Assembly: GCF_009914755.1 (NCBI RefSeq) | Contig: NC_060930.1 | DNA: 64,000 nucleotides | DNA from: the human T2T-CHM13v2.0 reference genome, Homo sapiens | Strand: one strand, 5' to 3' | Shown: positions 12,756 to 25,491 of the stretch, piece after piece | Numbering within the stretch: position 1 is the first letter of the stretch | How the letters are laid out: each line of letters opens with the position of its first letter | The notes under the pieces: model-generated | What the model was told of the DNA's origin: nothing | The model's input: only the letters and a program-made list of their open reading frames with translations | Databases searched by the model: none | Position numbers and translations under genes: made by a program

Positions 12756-14094
12756 TTAGAGTAAGAAGAAGAAAGGAAGAGTGGGAGGAAGAGAGCATGG
12801 TAAAGGAGGTGTTTACTTTTGCAGCCTGGTACTCTAGAGGGAAATGGTGGGATGGGCTCAAAACTATGAGCCAGCTTTGGCCTCTCTCATAAAATGAATT
12901 CATCTTCGATTTTAAAATGAAAACAAAGAAAAAATTTCACAGAACCATCACATTCCACACCAGAAGAGGCCTTAGAGACCATCAAAACTAACTTCCTGTT
13001 TTTTGTTTCTCTCTCTTTTTTTTAAGTGACTTTAAAAGCAGGCCTACTTTCACTATCAGATGGTGATTTATCCTCACTCTGCTGATTACCTGGATTCCTT
13101 GCCTTTCTCTTATTTCATTTTCATCGTGTATCGTCAATTTTGATCTCTGCCGTTTCTTTTCAGATAATATTTTGATCTTTCTCTTACTTGCAGTCATTTT
13201 TATCTGCCTATATTAAGGAAATGCTATTGTCAGTGAAAGACACTTAGTTCTAATGCCAAGTATTTTGGGAAAATATTTCATAAGAAAACATACCATATTT
13301 TTATGTGCATGTTTTGCATATAAACTCTGAGAAATAAAACTTTTTAATATATTTGGGGGATGGGGAAGATAGCAAAAGAAAACTGCAATTATAAAAATAA
13401 TTAGTTAGAAGGGGATGGGTATTGTCTCAAGGAATGCCTTCAGGAAGTTTTGATTTTAACCAGAGTGTCACACCTGTTTCCATTACCATGAAAAATCCAC
13501 ATTCATGCATCTAAAGACTACTAGTGATGAAATAGGGACAAATTCAGTTACAAAGGTCGTTTAGCTCCCTAGCTTGTCTAATTTATGAAATGTGGATAGC
13601 TTTCATTATGTATTAAAGCCTTTGAATAACAATTCCTCCTTCTGTAAGTGAATCTGCAATGTATAAAGAGCCCTCCAAGTGGCACTGTGGCTTTAAGAGG
13701 GGCTCCTGGCACAGCAAGGAGGAGGAAGACACTGGCCAGAGATGAGACAGATCCCAGCCCACATTTGGGCTCCTGCTGAAGGCAGTGTTCCTAGCACTGA
13801 TGGGCGGAACAAGCTAGTTGATAAATTTTCATTTATTTCTTTTATAATCTTACATAAGTCATCACTTTAAAGAGAGTGGTAAAGCAGTGAGGTACAGTTT
13901 TTTTGTTTCTGTTATTTTTTTTAATTTTATTTTTGGTATTAAACACTCTTATATGATTAAAACTATGCTTATTTCATCTTCAGTTTTTATCCCTAACCTT
14001 TTGGAAATGGTATTCAATGAAAATAGCTAAATAAACTAATAGAGTTTAGAAACATTTTGCTTTGAAAAGCTGTACTGGATGCCTCTTTTTTTAA

Positions 14095-14481
<387 letters not shown>

Positions 14482-15157
14482 GGAAAAAGAAATCTTATAG
14501 CATAGGTGGGACAGGATAAACAAAACTGGAAGTAAACAAAACCTCAAATAAGCAGGATGCCTAATCATTTTAGGATTGCATAGACTTAGTGGTATTTGAA
14601 AAGTGAATCCTAGCCCACCTTTGTCCACCTCGTCAGGTTCAAAACTGAACTACTCCCCACAGGGTTCCTCTTCTGCAGTGCTACATTACAGCATCCAGAG
14701 GAGCCCCAGGTCCTCAAGGCTCTGTCCTTGCAGATGACCTTCCTCATCCGGGGGTGCCTTTGCATTGCAGACACCACATCCTCTGGGAAGCCTTCCCTGG
14801 TTCTCCACCCCAAGCGGGTTAGGTGACTGCTCCTCTGAGTTTCCTCAGCCCTTCTACATAAATCTCAGTTTTGTCAGTTGCCATGGACTGCCAAGTAATT
14901 ATTTGTTAATGTCTACTCCCCAAATAGACTTCATTTATTGATTCATTCATTCAATACACAGTGGTGCTGGGAAAATAAAGGCAAGAATCAGTACTTACTG
15001 TCTTAAGGTAGCTCAAAGGGAGTAGGGGTGACAGATTAGCACCCCAGCCACTGCAATCCTGTGTAAAAAGTGACATAAGAGCCTGATGGTACTGTTTAGG
15101 ATGGGCACTTCACCTGGCTTGGAGGTTGGGGAAGTGTCAGGAAAGCTTCCTGGATGG

Positions 15158-16234
15158 TGCTGTGGTTTGAATATTTGTCCCCTCCAGAATGCCTATACAT
15201 TGCTGGTGGGAATGTAAATTAGTACAACCTCTTTGGAAAACAGTGTGGAGATTCCTTAAAGAACTAAAAGTAGATCTACCATTCAATCCAGCAATCCTAC
15301 TACTGGGTTTCTACCCAGAGGAAAAGGAGTCACTGCATGAAAACAACCCATTCACGTATATGTTTATTGCAGCCCAATTCACAATTCCAAAGATATGGAA
15401 CCAACCTAAGTGCCCACTGACCAATGAGTAGATAAATAAAATGTGGTATATATACAACACGGAATACTAATCAGACATAAAAAAGAACAAAATAGTGTAT
15501 TTTGCAGCAACTTGGATGGAGCTGGAAGCCATTATTCTAAGTGAACTCACTCAAGAATGGAAAACCAAATACTGTATGTTGTTACTTATAAGTAGGAACT
15601 AAGTTATGAGTATGCAGAGGCAGAGACAGTGATATAATAGACTTTGGAGACTCAGAAAGGGGAGGGTGAGAGGAGAGCACGGAATAAAAACTACATATTG
15701 GGTACAACATACACTACTCAAGTGACAGGTGCGTTAAAATCTCAGAATGCATCACCATATAATTCATCCATTTAACCAAAAACCGCTTGTACTCCAAAAG
15801 CTATTGAAATAAAAAATACACATTAAAAAAGAAAAAAGAACATTTGTCCCCTCCAAACTCTTGTTGAAATTTAATCCCCCACCTGGCAGTATTGAGAGGT
15901 GGGACCTTTAGGAAGTGATTAGATCATGAGGGCTCTGCCCTAATGAATGGAATAATCCATTCATGGATTAATGGGTTTATCATGGGAATGGGATTGGTGG
16001 CTTTATAAGAGGGGGAAGAGAGACATGAGCTAATACGCTCAGCCCTCTCGCCATGTGATGCCCTGCACCACCTCCGGACCCTGCAGGGAGTCCCCACCAG
16101 CAAGAAGGCCCTCACCAAGATGTGACCCTTTGACCTTGGACTTTGCCTCCATAACTATAAGGAAAATTCATTTTCTTTATAAATTACTAACTTTCAGGTA
16201 TTCTATTAGAAGCAACAGAAAACAAACTAAGACA
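15158..16234 (+). mobile_element. MSTB/MSTC-type MaLR solo LTR interrupted by an L1PB 3' end
   Basis: TGCTGTGGTTTGAATATTTGTCCCCTCCA ... AAACTAAGACA; flanks GATGG / GATGA. Confidence 0.85.
15187..15837 (+). mobile_element. L1PB 3' end (ORF2 C-terminal remnant + 3'UTR)
   Basis: Translates [23 protein letters not shown]; 18-bp TSD GAATATTTGTCCCCTCCA / GAACATTTGTCCCCTCCA. Confidence 0.92.
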
Positions 16235-16418
16235 GATGAGGAGACGCTTGACCTGAGGCTTGAAGGATGAGTGACAGTTGGTCAATTAGGTCATGCTAGA
16301 GAAGGCGGGGGATGATGCTGCAGACAAAGGAAACGGGAGTTCAAAGGCACCCCGAGAGGAAGAGGAGGTGCCATTCAGAGAATGATGAATTGGTCTGCAT
16401 GGCTAGGGAGTGGAGTAT

Positions 16419-17038
16419 TGTGCAGAGAGGGAAGATTTTCTGCCCTCTGAGGGTGTGATAATTGAGTCTATGAAAAATGGACAGTAGGCAGATTAACAGG
16501 AAAAAAACATATTTAATTATGTATATATGCACAGGAGTCCCACAAAATCTGAGACTGGAAGAAGAGTCAGATGATTGAAGCTCATATAGTATCCCTGAGC
16601 TACAGAAAGCAAGAGGGGCTTGGTGCTTCTGGGAGTGGTGGTGACACACATCATGGGAGGGTGAGGGGAGGAAATGTGTGGCAAACAAAGGTTGTCTTAT
16701 TGTGCAGATAAAAATTCTCTCGGGTAATAAAAGTTGTTTCAGAGTAGCCTATCAGAAGAATCTGTATCAGCCTGTGACAAAGTCCATCTGGGCAAGGTGT
16801 CAACCTTCATTCTCATCTTCTATGATAAGATCTTCCCTGGTTGATGAGAATCCTAAAAAATTGTTTTCCTTTACAGAAGTAAATTTCTTTTACCAAAGGA
16901 CAGCTTTTCAGAGCTACTCCTGTGTCTGCAGTTTCTCAGAATAACCCGCTCAAAATATGCCAAAGAAGTATATCCCAGAGTGGCATATTTTGGCCTCCTA
17001 CAGTCATATTTTGAGGTGTTGTGTCCTGAGCCGCCACA
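16419..17038 (-). mobile_element. ERV1 solo LTR (MER34/MER39 group)
   Basis: TG...CA termini, 4-bp TSD GTAT; GCAGATTAACAGG and TGGCATATTTTGG motifs. Confidence 0.75.
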
Positions 17039-18739
17039 GTATGTATAACAGCAGCAAGGAAAGAGTTTGGGGTAGGGTACGGAACCCTGATATGCCATGC
17101 TGAGGAATATACACTTTATTCTGTGTATATTCATAGACACTTGCTTTGAGGGAATTAAAATGGAGGGGTAGCGAAGTCTTGTGAGTACTTTGGAAAGATC
17201 ATTCCAGAAATGGGATGGGGGCAGAGTAGAAGAAAGTGAGTATGGAGATAGAGAGTTCCTTTAGGAGAAAATAGAAGATGGAGGCTCAAACTAAAGAGGT
17301 GGCAATGGAATAGCAGGGAGGAAACCGATTCTGAGGATATTTATTTAAGGTATTAAGATATTTATTTATCTAAGAGAATAGACAGAGCATGTTCATGAGG
17401 AGGAGGAGGAGGAGTTCAGCTCAGGGAGTGTTGACTGCCAAATGTCAATGAAACATCAAGAAGGGAAGCCCAGGAAGCAACTAGATGCTGGGATCTGAAG
17501 CCCAGGAGAGAGGTCTGGGGTGGAGAGAGTCATTTGTGTGTAAGTCAAAGCCGAAGCTGGGATCTCCCAGGAGAAACAAGTCAAGTGGGAAGAGAAGAGG
17601 GCTGATGCTGGACATCTGGGGAACAGTACCTATGGGCAGATGGAAAAAAGAGACCCTGACAAGAGGGTAACAAGGAAGCAGAGGGGCTGAAGGAACACCT
17701 GGGGAGATGAGTGTCCTAGAAACCAGGGAAGCAGAGCCCACAAAACGAGTCAGTGGTCGAGAGTGTTAAAAGCGACAGAAGACATCAGATTAAGTAAGAC
17801 CTGAGAGGTTCCCAGTACATTTGACAATGAGCTGCTCAGATGTGATCTTTGCTAAAGCAGCTCCATGCAGTAGGGCGAGCAGTAGTCATACTACAGATGG
17901 TAGAAGAATGAATGGGGAAGGGGGACTGTAAGAACTTGGGAATAGCTTCTGGAGTATACGCTACTCTCTGTAGAAGATTGACTGTCATGGGAAAATGAAT
18001 GGAGGAATATTGGGCTGAGAGGTTCCTTGACGATATGGAGAGCCTAGCACAGTGCCTGGCCCAAAAAGGCACTCAAATATGTAATTATCTAATAAAAGTT
18101 GAAATGATGAATTGCTAAATAACTGAAAAATGAGTCAGAGAAGACTTCTTGTATTTGAAAGCATTTAATTCCTCATTTAATTCCTCTCTTCACAAGAGAG
18201 GACACAGAAGATTAACCAGAGAAGGAAAAAGCATGCAGTCCAGAAGAATGTATGAACATTCATGTTGTAAGCAATGGGGAGAGAAAATTGGGGTGAGACC
18301 CAGGCATAGGCAACTGGAATGTGTGCCCCAGAGAGAAGGCAGCTTGTGAAGGGGGAGCTTCTTGCTGAGGAAGTGCACTGAGGGAATACAGACAGCATCA
18401 TCAGGTAATACAATACACTAGATAGCAAACGGTGCTGAGAAATGCCATTGTAATCTAATGCTGGTTATTCAGGGTAACTGTAAAATCCATCTCAGTGCAC
18501 TCTCAATCTTATCGATGACCTATTGTCTAAAGTAACGCATAGTGAATTCTCTAAAGGCAGAGATACCTTTTTTTCCTATCATAAACTACACAAGATATCA
18601 AGAAAGTAAGGTCACATTTGGAGTAGTATAAATTTAAACAGACTGTTAGTAGCAAATATTTAGAGCAAGACCAGACAACATTGGCTGACTTTGTGAAAAG
18701 GGGCCTGTATTTGGACAGATTTGATTTATTAGTTTTGCT

Positions 18740-19058
18740 ATTTTATTTTATTTTATTTCATTTTATTTTGAGACAGGCTCTTGCACTGTTGCCCAGGCTA
18801 GTGTGCCGTGGCATGACCATAGCTCACTGTAAACTTGAACTCCTGGGTTCAGGCGATCCTCCTTCCTCAGCCTCCCGAGTAGCTAGGACTAGAGGCTTGC
18901 CTCACCAGCTGGACTAAAATTTTTTTATTTTTAATTTCTGCAGAGATGGGGACTTGCTATACTGCCCAGGCTGGATATGAACTCTTTGCCTCAAAGGATC
19001 CTTCCATCTCAGCCTCTCAAAATACTGGGACTGCAGGTGTGAGCCACCATGCCTGGCC
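18740..19058 (-). mobile_element. AluJ
   Basis: Dimeric Alu, TTTTA tail, TSD TGTATTTGGACAG. Confidence 0.9.
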
Positions 19059-19198
19059 TGTATTTGGACAGTTGTTGCAGCACCATGCTTAGCCTATATT
19101 TGGACAGTTTTTGCAGCAAAGATGGAATAATCATATCTTCCCTACAGAGTTCCTGTGAGAATTATAAGTGAAAGCCCTTTTAAATGATCAAGGGTGAG

Positions 19199-19199
<1 letters not shown>

Positions 19200-19244
<45 letters not shown>
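19200..19244 (+). repeat. (TG)n microsatellite, ~22 units
   Basis: Perfect dinucleotide run. Confidence 0.98.
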
Positions 19245-19246
<2 letters not shown>

Positions 19247-19830
19247 CATGACCTAGTTGCTACTAAGGCCTTTGTGCGTGTCGGTGTGCTTCTGCAGCAT
19301 GTACTCTTGGTTTTTGTTCCTCTTTTCTCTTACCTTCTTGATTAGGTTTGTTCTCTTATTAAATGATATAATACGTGCAAAATGCCTGACATAGCACCTA
19401 GAATCGGGGTGTGTGTGTTAACAGGAGTAATTGCCAGCGCTGTCCCTTCTTTCCCCCCATATCTCCATCTCTTCTCACTGGCTATCTATGGTCTGTGGGT
19501 GAACCAAGGGACGTTCCTCCTTTGCCATGAACTTTCAGAGGACTGATGACTCCTGAGCCTGACTTACAGTCTTTTAATTCTGGGCGAGTCACAACTTGGG
19601 GGCCTAATCGTGAGATTGATAAAGCTTAGGCTTTGAAATCACCAGCTGAATCAGCATAATCTCCACTGCTCATTCTGCAAAATCCTACAAGGTGTGGCAT
19701 TAACTAAGATATTTCTAATCAATGCAGCTGCCTTTCCTTTAGAAAGCATTGACTCAGACATCAAATCTGTGATATTTATTTAGTTCTCGGAAGACTGGCT
19801 TTTTAAACATGACCTTTGAGTATTTACTTA

Positions 19831-20697
<867 letters not shown>

Positions 20698-21004
20698 CCC
20701 AGCAGACAGATACCCAGGGATGTGGGCAACCGTGAGAGGTAGAGATGGGCTTTGAGGGCAAGGGGTGTGGGTGCGGATGGGGAAGGGCATTAGGCTTCAC
20801 TTCACAAGGGACTCCAGAATCTGCCCCTAATCCACCCGGCAAGTGCAATGCATTTTTGCGCCGGAGTTTCCTATCTGTTAACTGGGTATGATCATTCTTG
20901 CTCCATCATAGGGCAGCTCACGTATGTGTACATGGCACCCCCACCCACCACAATGGAAATGATATCGTTAGCTCTGACCTTGCATCCCAGCTCCAGAAGC
21001 CCAA

Positions 21005-22110
21005 ACTCGGCTTTTCTGCGGCCGGATTGCTGGGTGAACAGAGCTTCGCGGAGGGGACCCCCTGCTGCCATCCTGCCGGGGGCCAGTGCCCGGGGCTTGG
21101 GGGAGGAGCAGCCGGGCAGGTTCGCGGGCACCGAGGGCGGCCCAGCTCCGAGCCCTGCAGCTTTCGCCCGCTGGAGCGAGAGCCGGCTGTAGGCGGCTCC
21201 TTCCTGTGCAAACTTTTCTGTCCTCTTCCTCCTCCCGCCCTCCGCACCGGCTCCTCGGCGCCCGGCGTCCACCTCCCCGCCCTTCTCGCTGCCTCCGGGT
21301 CGCGGCGCGCGGGGCAGAGCCGGGCAGCAGCGGGCAGCGCAGCCCTCGGCGCCGGCCCCACCCGGTGCTCCGGCCCCGCCGCCGGGAGCCGATGGCCGAG
21401 GCGGGCTGGCGCCCCGCGGCGTCCCCGGTCGATCCGGCCGGGCAGGCGGCGGCGGTCCCAGTCCCCGAGCCCGAGGCGCCCGCCCCGCCGGCGGCGCCTG
21501 CCCTGCGCTGGCTTCCCGGGGACCCGAGCCCCCGCGGCCGCTCACAGAGCGACCTCTCGTCGTCCTCGAGCAGGGGCCGCCCGCTCCGGGTCCACATCTC
21601 CGGCTCAGGTAAGAGCGGCTCGGGGCGCGGGCCGGGGAGGGCCGGCCGCGGGCAGGTGGCCGCGAGGGCGACGCGGCCAACCCGGGGCGCCCGCGGGCAC
21701 TGGCCCGGCAGGCTGGCGGCGGGGTGGGGGTGGGGGACAGGGGAGGGCGGAGGCTGAACTCCCCACACTGCCGCCTCCTCGGCCGCCCGGGCTCGGCGAC
21801 CCTAGGCGGAAGATGCTAAAAGCAGGCGACGGCTTGGTGCGCCTTGCGGGGCGAGTGTGCAGCCTGGGTTGGGGTAGGGAGCGCTCCCTCTCGGCTGCAC
21901 GGCGCCAGGCAGCACCGCAGCTTGGCTTCCGAGGCTTTTCCATCAGAAAGAGGAACATTCTCGGTCTTCGGCGCGACTTTGGTCCCTCGGAAGGGTGCGG
22001 TTCCCTCACTTTGCGGGCTGGGACCAGGGCAGGTCTTGGGAGGCTTCCCAACTAACTGCTTATGGTTCTGAAATAAAGACGCCTTTTGCGGGTTGCTGGT
22101 AAGAGGACCC
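21005..22110 (+). promoter_or_regulatory. PHACTR2: CpG island / TATA-less promoter of the distal PHACTR2 first exon
   Basis: Very high GC and CpG density unique in this window; GC boxes (CCCGCCC) upstream of the ATG. Confidence 0.92.
21392..21608 (+). CDS. PHACTR2: First coding exon (72 codons + 1 nt, phase-1 donor) of a long N-terminal isoform of phosphatase and actin regulator 2: MAEAGWRPAASP...PRGRSQSDLSSSSSRGRPLRVHISGS
   Basis: ATG in gccgATGG; consensus donor CAG|GTAAGA at 21608/21609; RGRSQSD matches recalled PHACTR3 (SRGRSQSDP) and PHACTR1 (RVRSKSDTP) N-termini; phase 1 matches the other recalled PHACTR2 first exons that splice to V-D-G-L-D-K. Downstream exons appear to lie outside the window. 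Confidence 0.85.
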
Positions 22111-22224
22111 GGGATATGAGTTTTTCCTCCTTGCAAAAACCCATGAGGTTAATGGGGGAGAGCAGGGGAGAGTTTGGCGGGCTGTTTGTGCCTCTCATCC
22201 TTTAACATGTTTTGAAAAAGCCTC

Positions 22225-22522
22225 GGCCAGGAGCGGTGGCTCACGCCTGTAATTCCAGAGCTTTGGGAGGCCCAAGGCCGGCCGATCACTTGAGGTCAAA
22301 AGTTCGAGACCGGCCTGGCCAACATGGTCAGGAAACTTCGTCCCTACTAAAAATACAAAAAATTAGCCGCCGAGGCGGCGCATGCCTGTAGTCCTAGCTA
22401 CTCAGGAGGCTGAGGCAGGAGAATCGCTTGAACCTGGGAGGCAGAGGTTGCACCACTGCACTCCAGCCTGAATGAAAAAGTGAGACTCCGTCTTACACAC
22501 ACACACACACACACAAACACAC
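22225..22522 (+). mobile_element. AluS with (CA)n tail and small right-arm deletion
   Basis: TSD AAAAGCCTC; GTTGCACCACTGCAC lacks the AGTGAGCCGAGATC segment. Confidence 0.92.
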
Positions 22523-24089
22523 AAAAGCCTCAAGCTAGCCCCTCTGCGGTAGCACCGGCCCATGTGTTCTCAGAGGCTGCCCTGTGCCCCGTGCACCGGG
22601 ACCGACGAAATCAGGAACTCAGCTAAGGCCGATGCTGCCGGCCGAGTTGTGTGACGTTGGGCAAATCACTTAACCTTGTCTCTCCTATCTCAGTATTCAG
22701 AGTGGGAATCATAGTATGGTACCACCACATTGGGAGGTTATGTGGATTAAGTAATCATTTTAAACTGCTTTTGAACAAAGCATTAGCCTAAGAATTGTAG
22801 GACTGTTTTTTAAAAGTCCACCAGATGCGTCAAGTTTCCACCAGTTGTCTGATGTGCAATCTTTGTAGGATGCATGGGAGCTGGGAAATTAGAAATGAAG
22901 CTAGCTAGCATCAAAAACTACCCATAGCGGCAAAAGCCCTGCCGGGGCGTGAACGTGCACTGTACCAGCTACCACTGCCCTGGTTTTCAGGCTCTGTGCT
23001 CCGGGATCAGGCCTTCTTTGGGTTCTAACTCAACCTCAGCTAAAGCTGAGCTTCCTGTTCAAAAAAGCACATTTCCATGCCTCTGACTCCACTTCAGCTG
23101 GCTAACTCTCTCACCATAGCCTTCTGTCTTCTTATTCTTGTCATATTGTTTTTGCCGCCCAACATGTGTACTTGAAAAACCTCAAAAGCATTGCCGTTGT
23201 GACTTTGTAGATCGCATTGGATGAAACAAGTCAGAACTGTTAGAATAGAGGTAGTGGGATTTGTGTAAAGATTCATCCTCTGAATTTGTATTGTGAAAAG
23301 CATTGAGTCCGAATGTTTTTAACCACCTGCTCTTGGTGTGCTGGCCAAACTGAACTCGAGCCATGGATTATTTTGATTGATTTCTACAAAGATTAACTGT
23401 TCAGAGACTCTAAAGAGACCACTGAGAATTCACCTAGTTGGTGATTGTAGACAAAGTATAGCTTGCATCGCCATTTTTCATTTTCATGGATGGAAATTAT
23501 GGCCTGTATGCCGAAAAAGGACAGCAAAGACATTTAAAATGTGAGTGTGCAAAGTGTACATCATGTGAACCATGGGCTCCAATTTATAAAATTATTTTAC
23601 TTCTGAGGACTCTTTGTCTTTTCTGTGTCCTCTTAACGGATGCTAGGAAGTGAAACCTTTCAGCTCAGTTGTCCCATGTGCCGCAGGATGCTGGCACAGA
23701 TGTAGAAGAGTGAACATCTTTCATGTACCTGATTTCATTTTCAGAACTGAGCCTCGGATCCCTTTAAGAGCAGACTAAATGTGATCAGGAGCTCCCTGCT
23801 CTTAGAGTCAGAGAGAAAAAGAATGAGCAGGTCCTTCACTGACACACAGAGTATTTCTCCAGCATGCCCCACAGCCTCTGCAGCCTCTGTAAGCCATGCA
23901 GGATGGATCTGAGAATCAGCAAGATGACTGTGCTGGGATCTCTGAATTATCTCAGAGGCACAATAAGAGGGTTACACGCCTTGTAAAAACATTCCTTGGC
24001 CTAACACTATAGTAGCCCAATTTCCAGCCCTTCTCCAGAAGCTCTGGGCACACACAGAGGCAGCACCTAGAGCAAGGTCATGTGTGGCT

Positions 24090-24396
24090 TGCCAAAACAG
24101 CCCCGGACCAGCATCTGTGGCCTCATCTCAGAATCTCAGGCCCCACCCTAGGCCTGCTTAACTGAATCTGCATTTTAATAAGATCCCCAGGTTGTTCTTA
24201 GTCACCTTGCAGTTTGAAAAGTGCTGCTCTCCCACACTGGTTTTCAAACTTGGCTACACGTAGGAATTGCTTGGGGAGTTAACAACGAAGCAACCTGTGG
24301 CTGGGTCGCACACCTAGGGATTCTGATTTCATTGGCATCAGGTGCATCCTGGCCATTAGATGACGCTAATGAGTAGCGAAGTTTGAGAACTGCTGT
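24090..24396. mobile_element. Two adjacent MER5-family (hAT-Charlie) elements
   Basis: CAGAATCTCAGGCCCCACCC...GAATCTGCATTTTAATAAGATCCCCAGGT; TTTTCAAACTTGGCT...AAGTTTGAGAACTGCTG. Confidence 0.75.
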
Positions 24397-25320
24397 CCTG
24401 TGCCATATTATGTCACCCTGGCTTGCTGCCGTATGTCTTGTGATACCGTGATACAAGTGTAAGTTTGAAGAATTTGTTTTAGTACCTTCTCACATCCCTA
24501 TTGCTACATCCTCTCTTCTACTACTGCAGTCTCCCAAGCAGCCTTCCTTGCTCCTATTTTTGATTCCAGCTAGTTGTCAGATGTTCTTCCTAAGGGATAA
24601 TTTCTAATCATGAGTTAACTCCCTGCTGTGGGTCCTTAGAAGAGTGTTGAGGGGAAAAGGAAATCACCTTTTGCAGTGACAGTGACCTGAAATGGAGAAG
24701 AGGAAGGGGAAGAAAGAGTGCTTGCCAAGAGTTGTCAGAGAACAGCCTCCCTCCAGAACGACAGACCATCCTTGCTACCTGCAATCATTACCCCAGCCTC
24801 CCCCACAGCTCCACCTCCATCCTTCTTTCCAGGAAAGAATAATAAAAACTTGGAACTCAGCCTCTAAAATCTTGCCCACTGCTGCAAACAGTCAGTCTAA
24901 TACTAAATATATATTTTTAAAGACCTGTTCTGTGCTAGCACTGTGTTGATAAATACCGTGAGGGTACCCCAAGAGAATCGGCTTCCCCTGACTATGCTAG
25001 ATTATTACTAGATTTTTGTCAAGACAAGCGTCTCAGACTTCAAGGGATTTTATTTAATTTGTGGCTTGAGGAATTTTTCACATAAGAATGCAAGTGCTTT
25101 ATCAGAAAAAAAAAACCCAAGCCAGTTTTATATTTCAAAATCTATACAAAAAAGTTAAGAAAACAAAATATTTTCAAATAAGCAATTTTTAAAGATAGAA
25201 TTGAAGTAACAGTGGAATTTATGAATAAACTCTTTTATTATGTTTATAAAAACGTGGATTCATTTTGCCATATGGTTTTTGAACTCACACTTCTGGAATT
25301 CAACAAAAGTTCTGAATTTA

Positions 25321-25491
25321 TTTTTCTTTTTTTGAGATGGAGTCTTGCTGTGTTGTCCAAGCTGGAGTACAATGGCTGTTCGCCAGTACAACCATAGTGC
25401 ACTGCAGCCTCAAACCCTGAGGCTCAAGGGATCCTGCTGCCTCAGCCTCCTGAGTAGCTGGTGTTATAGGCGCATGCCACTGCTCCCAGCC
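25321..25491 (-). mobile_element. Alu monomer (FAM-like)
   Basis: Monomer with GGCTGTTCGCCAG 7SL-like insert. Confidence 0.8.

Noticed and set aside
15189-15431. ORF resembling a Cys-rich domain
   Set aside because: Dead L1 ORF2 C-terminal remnant in a 5'-truncated element
21587-21598. RVHI as a PP1-docking RVxF motif
   Set aside because: Lacks the required F/W; PHACTR PP1 binding is C-terminal
21769-21774. ZFP57 motif TGCCGC as an imprinting control signature
   Set aside because: Only one copy noticed in a GC-rich island, expected by chance
20848-22136. Long overlapping ORFs (385, 266, 262, 223 aa etc.) on both strands
   Set aside because: Stop-codon depletion in a GC-rich CpG island; only the ATG 21392 frame ends at a consensus donor and has a recognisable motif
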